Below are positions 47,672-51,304 of a stretch of 51,304 nucleotides of DNA, in pieces. The position numbers were made by a program, and so were the translations under genes. The DNA is from Cyanophora paradoxa CCMP329 (taxonomy: Eukaryota > Plantae > Glaucophyta). The stretch is from NCBI GenBank assembly GCA_004431415.1, contig QPMI01000543.1, forward strand, positions 1 to 51,304, given 5' to 3'. Each line of letters starts with the position of its first letter. Position 1 is the stretch's first letter. Below the pieces are notes generated by a model that saw only the letters and a program-made list of their open reading frames with translations, was not told the DNA's origin and made no database searches.

Positions 47672-48431
47672 GCGCCCGATTTAGAACACGGGCCGGGGCG
47701 CGGGGGCCGGGGGCGAACCTCGAGCGCATGGTATCGCTCGAGGTGGCGGGATCCGGCCAGCTCGCCCCGTACCCCCCTCTGAACGCGCCCGCGCCCGATT
47801 TAGAACACGGGCCGGGGCGCGGGGGCCGGGGCGTGCCTTCTGGTATCGCTCGAGGTGGCGGGATCCGGCCAGCTCGCCCATACCCCCTCTGAACGCGCCC
47901 GCGCCCGATTTAGAACACGGGCCGGGCGCGGGGGCCGGGGGCGTGCCTTCTGGTATCGCTCGAGGTGGCGGGATCCGGCCAGCTCGCCCCGTACCCCCTC
48001 TGAACGCGCCCGCGCCCGATTTAGAACACGGGCCGGGGCGCGGGGCCGGGGCGTGCCTTCTGGTATCGCTCGAGGTGGCGGGATCCGGCCAGCTCGCCCG
48101 TACCCCCTCTGAACGCGCCCGCGCCCGATTAGAACACGGCCGGGGCGCGGGGGCCGGGGCGTGCCTTCTGGTATCGCTCGAGGTGGCGGGATCCGGCCAG
48201 CTCGCCCCGTACCCCCCTCTGAACGCGCCCGCGCCCGATTTAGAACACGGGGCGGGGGCGCGCGGGGACGGGGCGCACCGCCCGGGTTCGCTCGAGGTGG
48301 CGGGATCCGGTCAGCTCGCCCCGTACCCCCCTCTGAACGCGCCCGCGCCCGATCTAGAACACGGGGCGGGGGCGCGCGGGGACGGGGCGCACCGCCCGGG
48401 TTCGCTCGAGGTGGCGGGATCCGGCCAGCTC
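47672..48431. repeat. Tandem repeat, ~110-119 bp unit, nearly 7 copies
   Basis: Unit GCGCCCGATTTAGAACACGG...CGCTCGAGGTGGCGGGATCCGGCCAGCTCGCCCCGTACCCCCTCTGAACGCGCCC starting at ~47672, 47791, 47901, 48012, 48121, 48231, 48345. Confidence 0.93.
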
Positions 48432-49999
48432 ACCGTCGACGCCACCTACAACGCACCGAGGTCAAGCGTGGGCGCAAGGCGAGGGAACGCTAGACGGCGG
48501 GCCAAGGCGGGCCTCGCCCGTGGAGAGCCACCTGCAGCGAGACGCTCCCACCACGTTCCGCCGCCCGCCCTCTGCTCGCTGCCACCCCGCCAAGCCGAGT
48601 AAGATCCCAGGAGAGAAGGAGCGAGGCCGGGGGCCGGCGCACCTCGCAGAGCTCGGAGCGCCGCGCGCGGCGCTGCGGAGATCTAGATCTAGAGGCAATT
48701 GCAAGGGCGGCCGACCGGCGCGGGCGGTCGTTCCACGCGCTCCGCCACGCACGAGGCGCCAGAGGCGCGAGATGACCCGATCCGACCTCCATCGGCGCCT
48801 CGGCGCTCCGGGGCTCGGGAGCAGAGCGCTGCGTGGGCGCGAGGAAGCGCGTCCGGTCGCGGCGCGGCTGCGGGGCGCTAGGAGAGCTACGGTGCGCTCG
48901 GGGAGGTCGCCGATGCGGCGGCTGCCCCTTGATGTCGTCCGCCTTGCCTGTCTCGCCCGCAGGCCCAGAATCGCGCAATCGAGCGCCGCCGCGCGGCGAG
49001 ACCAGGCGGCGTGGCGCTCCGGGAGCTCGCTCGAGCCGCCGGCGAGCTCGTGCGGCTGCTGCGCCCAGATCCAGTCGTCCGGTATACGTAGGTCGGCCCC
49101 GGCGCAGGCCGGGGTCGGAGCCGACTGCGGGTACGCGTGCGCGGCCCGACCTCTCTCGCCGGCTTCCTGCCTCTGGACTCTTGCGGCGGTCCCGGGACGC
49201 AGAGGCAGGCTCGAGCTCGCCCACGCCGGTCCGATTGCGCCGAGACCGCGCGGCTCGCGTGCGGTTCGCCTCGCCCGACAGCACCGCTAGCTACAGAGCT
49301 ATCGCCGGCACCGCCAGCCGGTAGGGTGTGACCAACGCGCAGCGCGCATCCTCTCCGGGCGTTTTCTGCGGTTTCCGCCCGCCCGGGCCGCTCGGTCGCC
49401 CCGGCCGCCGCTCCGATCCGGTCGCAGCAACGGCGCCTTTCACCCAGGTCGGGCTCGCGCCCAGGCAGCCCGTCGCGCGCCCTCGAACGGGGAGCAGGTC
49501 GCACATAGGTTGCAATCGAGGCTGCCGGTGCGGCCCCCCAATTCGGGGCTTCGCGGCGTATACGTACGATCTGATCGGCGGACCCGCCGCAGGCGCCGAC
49601 CTCGCCGGCGCAGGAGATCCCGCGGCCCGCGGGGCGCGAGCGGATGCCACGCTTGATTTCGCCGCGAGGCGCGGGGCTTCTGCGCTCGGTACGACCCCGC
49701 CGCGCCCAAAGCCCGCCGCCGACTCGCCGACCGCGCGCGCGCGCCCCGCGTATCAGCCCGCGCCGCGCGGCGGCGGCCGGCGAGCCGGCCGAGCGAGCCG
49801 AGGCGCGGCGCCGGGCGACCTCGCCGATCGGCCCGTCCGGCCCGTCCAGGGAGCGACCGCCCGGGCTCCGGCGAGGTCGCCCCGCGCCTCTTCGAGTGTC
49901 CTCGCTCCGCCGGTCCGATACCGTTTCCCCCCCCGTCTCTTTCGAGCTCGCCGCGCGGCGCTTTCGACGAGGCTCTGCAGCTGCGCCGGACGGGAAGAG

Positions 50000-50290
50000 A
50001 GGGGGTACGCTTCACGCTGGCCGGAACCCGCCAGGCGCGCGGTAGGGGCCCGCCCCGCGCCCTCTTCCCCCCCTCGCCCCGTCCCCGTCCCGACGCCGGC
50101 CGGCAGAAACGACGGGGAGCGGGGGGTACGCCTCTCGCTGGCCGGAACCCGCCAGGCGCGCGGTAGGGGCCGCCCCGCGCCCTCTTCCCCCCCTCGCCCG
50201 TCCCCCGTCCGACGCCGGCCGGCAGAAACGACGGGGAGCGGGGGTACGCCTCTCGCCGGCCGGAACCGCCAGGCGCGCGGTAGGGGCCCG
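50000..50290. repeat. Tandem repeat, ~120 bp unit, ~2.4 copies
   Basis: GGGGGTACGC...GCCGGAACCCGCCAGGCGCGCGGTAGGGGCC at ~50001, 50121, 50240. Confidence 0.85.
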
Positions 50291-50592
50291 AGCTCGAGGT
50301 CCGACACCTCTCCCTCCCTTTCCCCTTTCCTCCTCCCTCTCCGCCCCCCTAGGCTCCCGCCCCTCCCTCTCTCTCCCCGCCCCCTTTCCCTCTGACCTTC
50401 CTTCCCCCTCTCCTCGCCCTCCCCACCCCTCCCTGCCCACCCTGCCCGCCGGCGCCCCTCCTCGCGCCCCCATACCTCTCCGCGTCTCACGCCCGTTTCG
50501 ATAGGAACCGAGGCCTCGACACGACATCGCACAGCAGAGCTAGACATAGGTGCGCTCGCAGGGTCCTCTCCCACGTTTGCTGTAAATAGGTC

Positions 50593-51304
50593 CGACGGTA
50601 TGATATAAAGAGCTCGAGGCCTAGTTTGAATACTATGATATATACATGGCTGGCGACGGGCACGCCTATCAAACCATATAATATATATAAAGCGATTCGG
50701 AAGGCCCGCGTGAAAGCCCGGGGCCCTCCTCTCTGCGGAGGCGCCCCCGCCATAGGGGAGGCCTGGACGATAATGGGAAACGCTGTACCCCGGGGCCCTC
50801 CTCTCTGCGGATCCGGAGCGCCCCCCGCCCGCCATAGGGGAGCCCTGGACGATAATGGGAAACGCTGTACCCCGGGGCCCTCCTCTCTGCGGATCCGGAG
50901 CGCTCCCGGCCCGCCATAGGGGAGCCCTGGACGATAATGGGAAACGCTGTACCCCGGGGCCCTCCTCTCTGCGGATCCGGAGCGCCCCCCGCCCGCCATA
51001 GGGGAGCCCTGGACGATAATGGGAAACGCTGTACCCCGGGGCCCTCCTCTCTGCGGATCCGGAGCGCCCCCCGCCCGCCATAGGGGAGCCCTGGACGATA
51101 ATGGGAAACGCTGTACCCCGGGGCCCTCCTCTCTGCAGAGGAGAGTTGCCAGAAGTTGTTTTTTACAACAAAAAGATTCGACTTTGGACAGCGGCAATAT
51201 ATATCGATCGAATCATGAGCTTGAAACTTCAAGAAAGACATTCCAAGCAGGAAAAGCGAGAGACGGATCATAGAGAAAGAGGGGCTAATTTAAATCTAGA
51301 TGCG
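50593..51304 (-). repeat. Bipartite repeat module 5, inverted copy of the right half of module 4 (5 cores), truncated by the window end
   Basis: 50593-51304 is the near reverse complement of 47113-47665, with two extra core units. Confidence 0.93.

Noticed and set aside
1-51304. Polinton, virophage, DIRS or Helitron autonomous element
   Set aside because: No recognisable pPolB, capsid, packaging ATPase, RT/RNase H or Rep-helicase ORF in the window.

Overview
GC-rich eukaryotic DNA: two genes carry short GT-AG introns, and the host cannot be identified from sequence alone. The window looks like a large mobile or virus-like accessory region rather than ordinary chromosome. The left ~12 kb is a run of decayed, mostly minus-strand intronless ORFs (ankyrin, RING-like, unknown), followed by palindrome-saturated DNA. 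From ~22 kb to the end, five copies of a bipartite repeat module punctuate the sequence. Each module has arrays of a ~30-bp core, CTGGACG(TAA/ATA)ATGGGAAACGC(A/T)GTACCC (~44 copies in total), inverted around a conserved AT-richer centre. Between modules 2 and 3 lie (i) a spliced gene fusing a Ulp1/SENP-type cysteine protease to a tyrosine recombinase with a C2HC zinc finger and AT-hook, and (ii) a divergently transcribed 9-exon histone H3 variant with a canonical-type tail (K27R) on a CenH3-like fold. Other blocks carry intronless cargo: an active-looking and a dead-looking GIY-YIG nuclease, an F-box-like beta-propeller, a Skp1/BTB-like protein, a RING-like protein and three tandem TFIIB paralogues. 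Best hypothesis (inference): a eukaryotic tyrosine-recombinase-driven cassette system whose modules are att-like sites. No capsid, DNA polymerase, packaging ATPase, RT or cas gene was recognised. Several frameshifts could be assembly errors.
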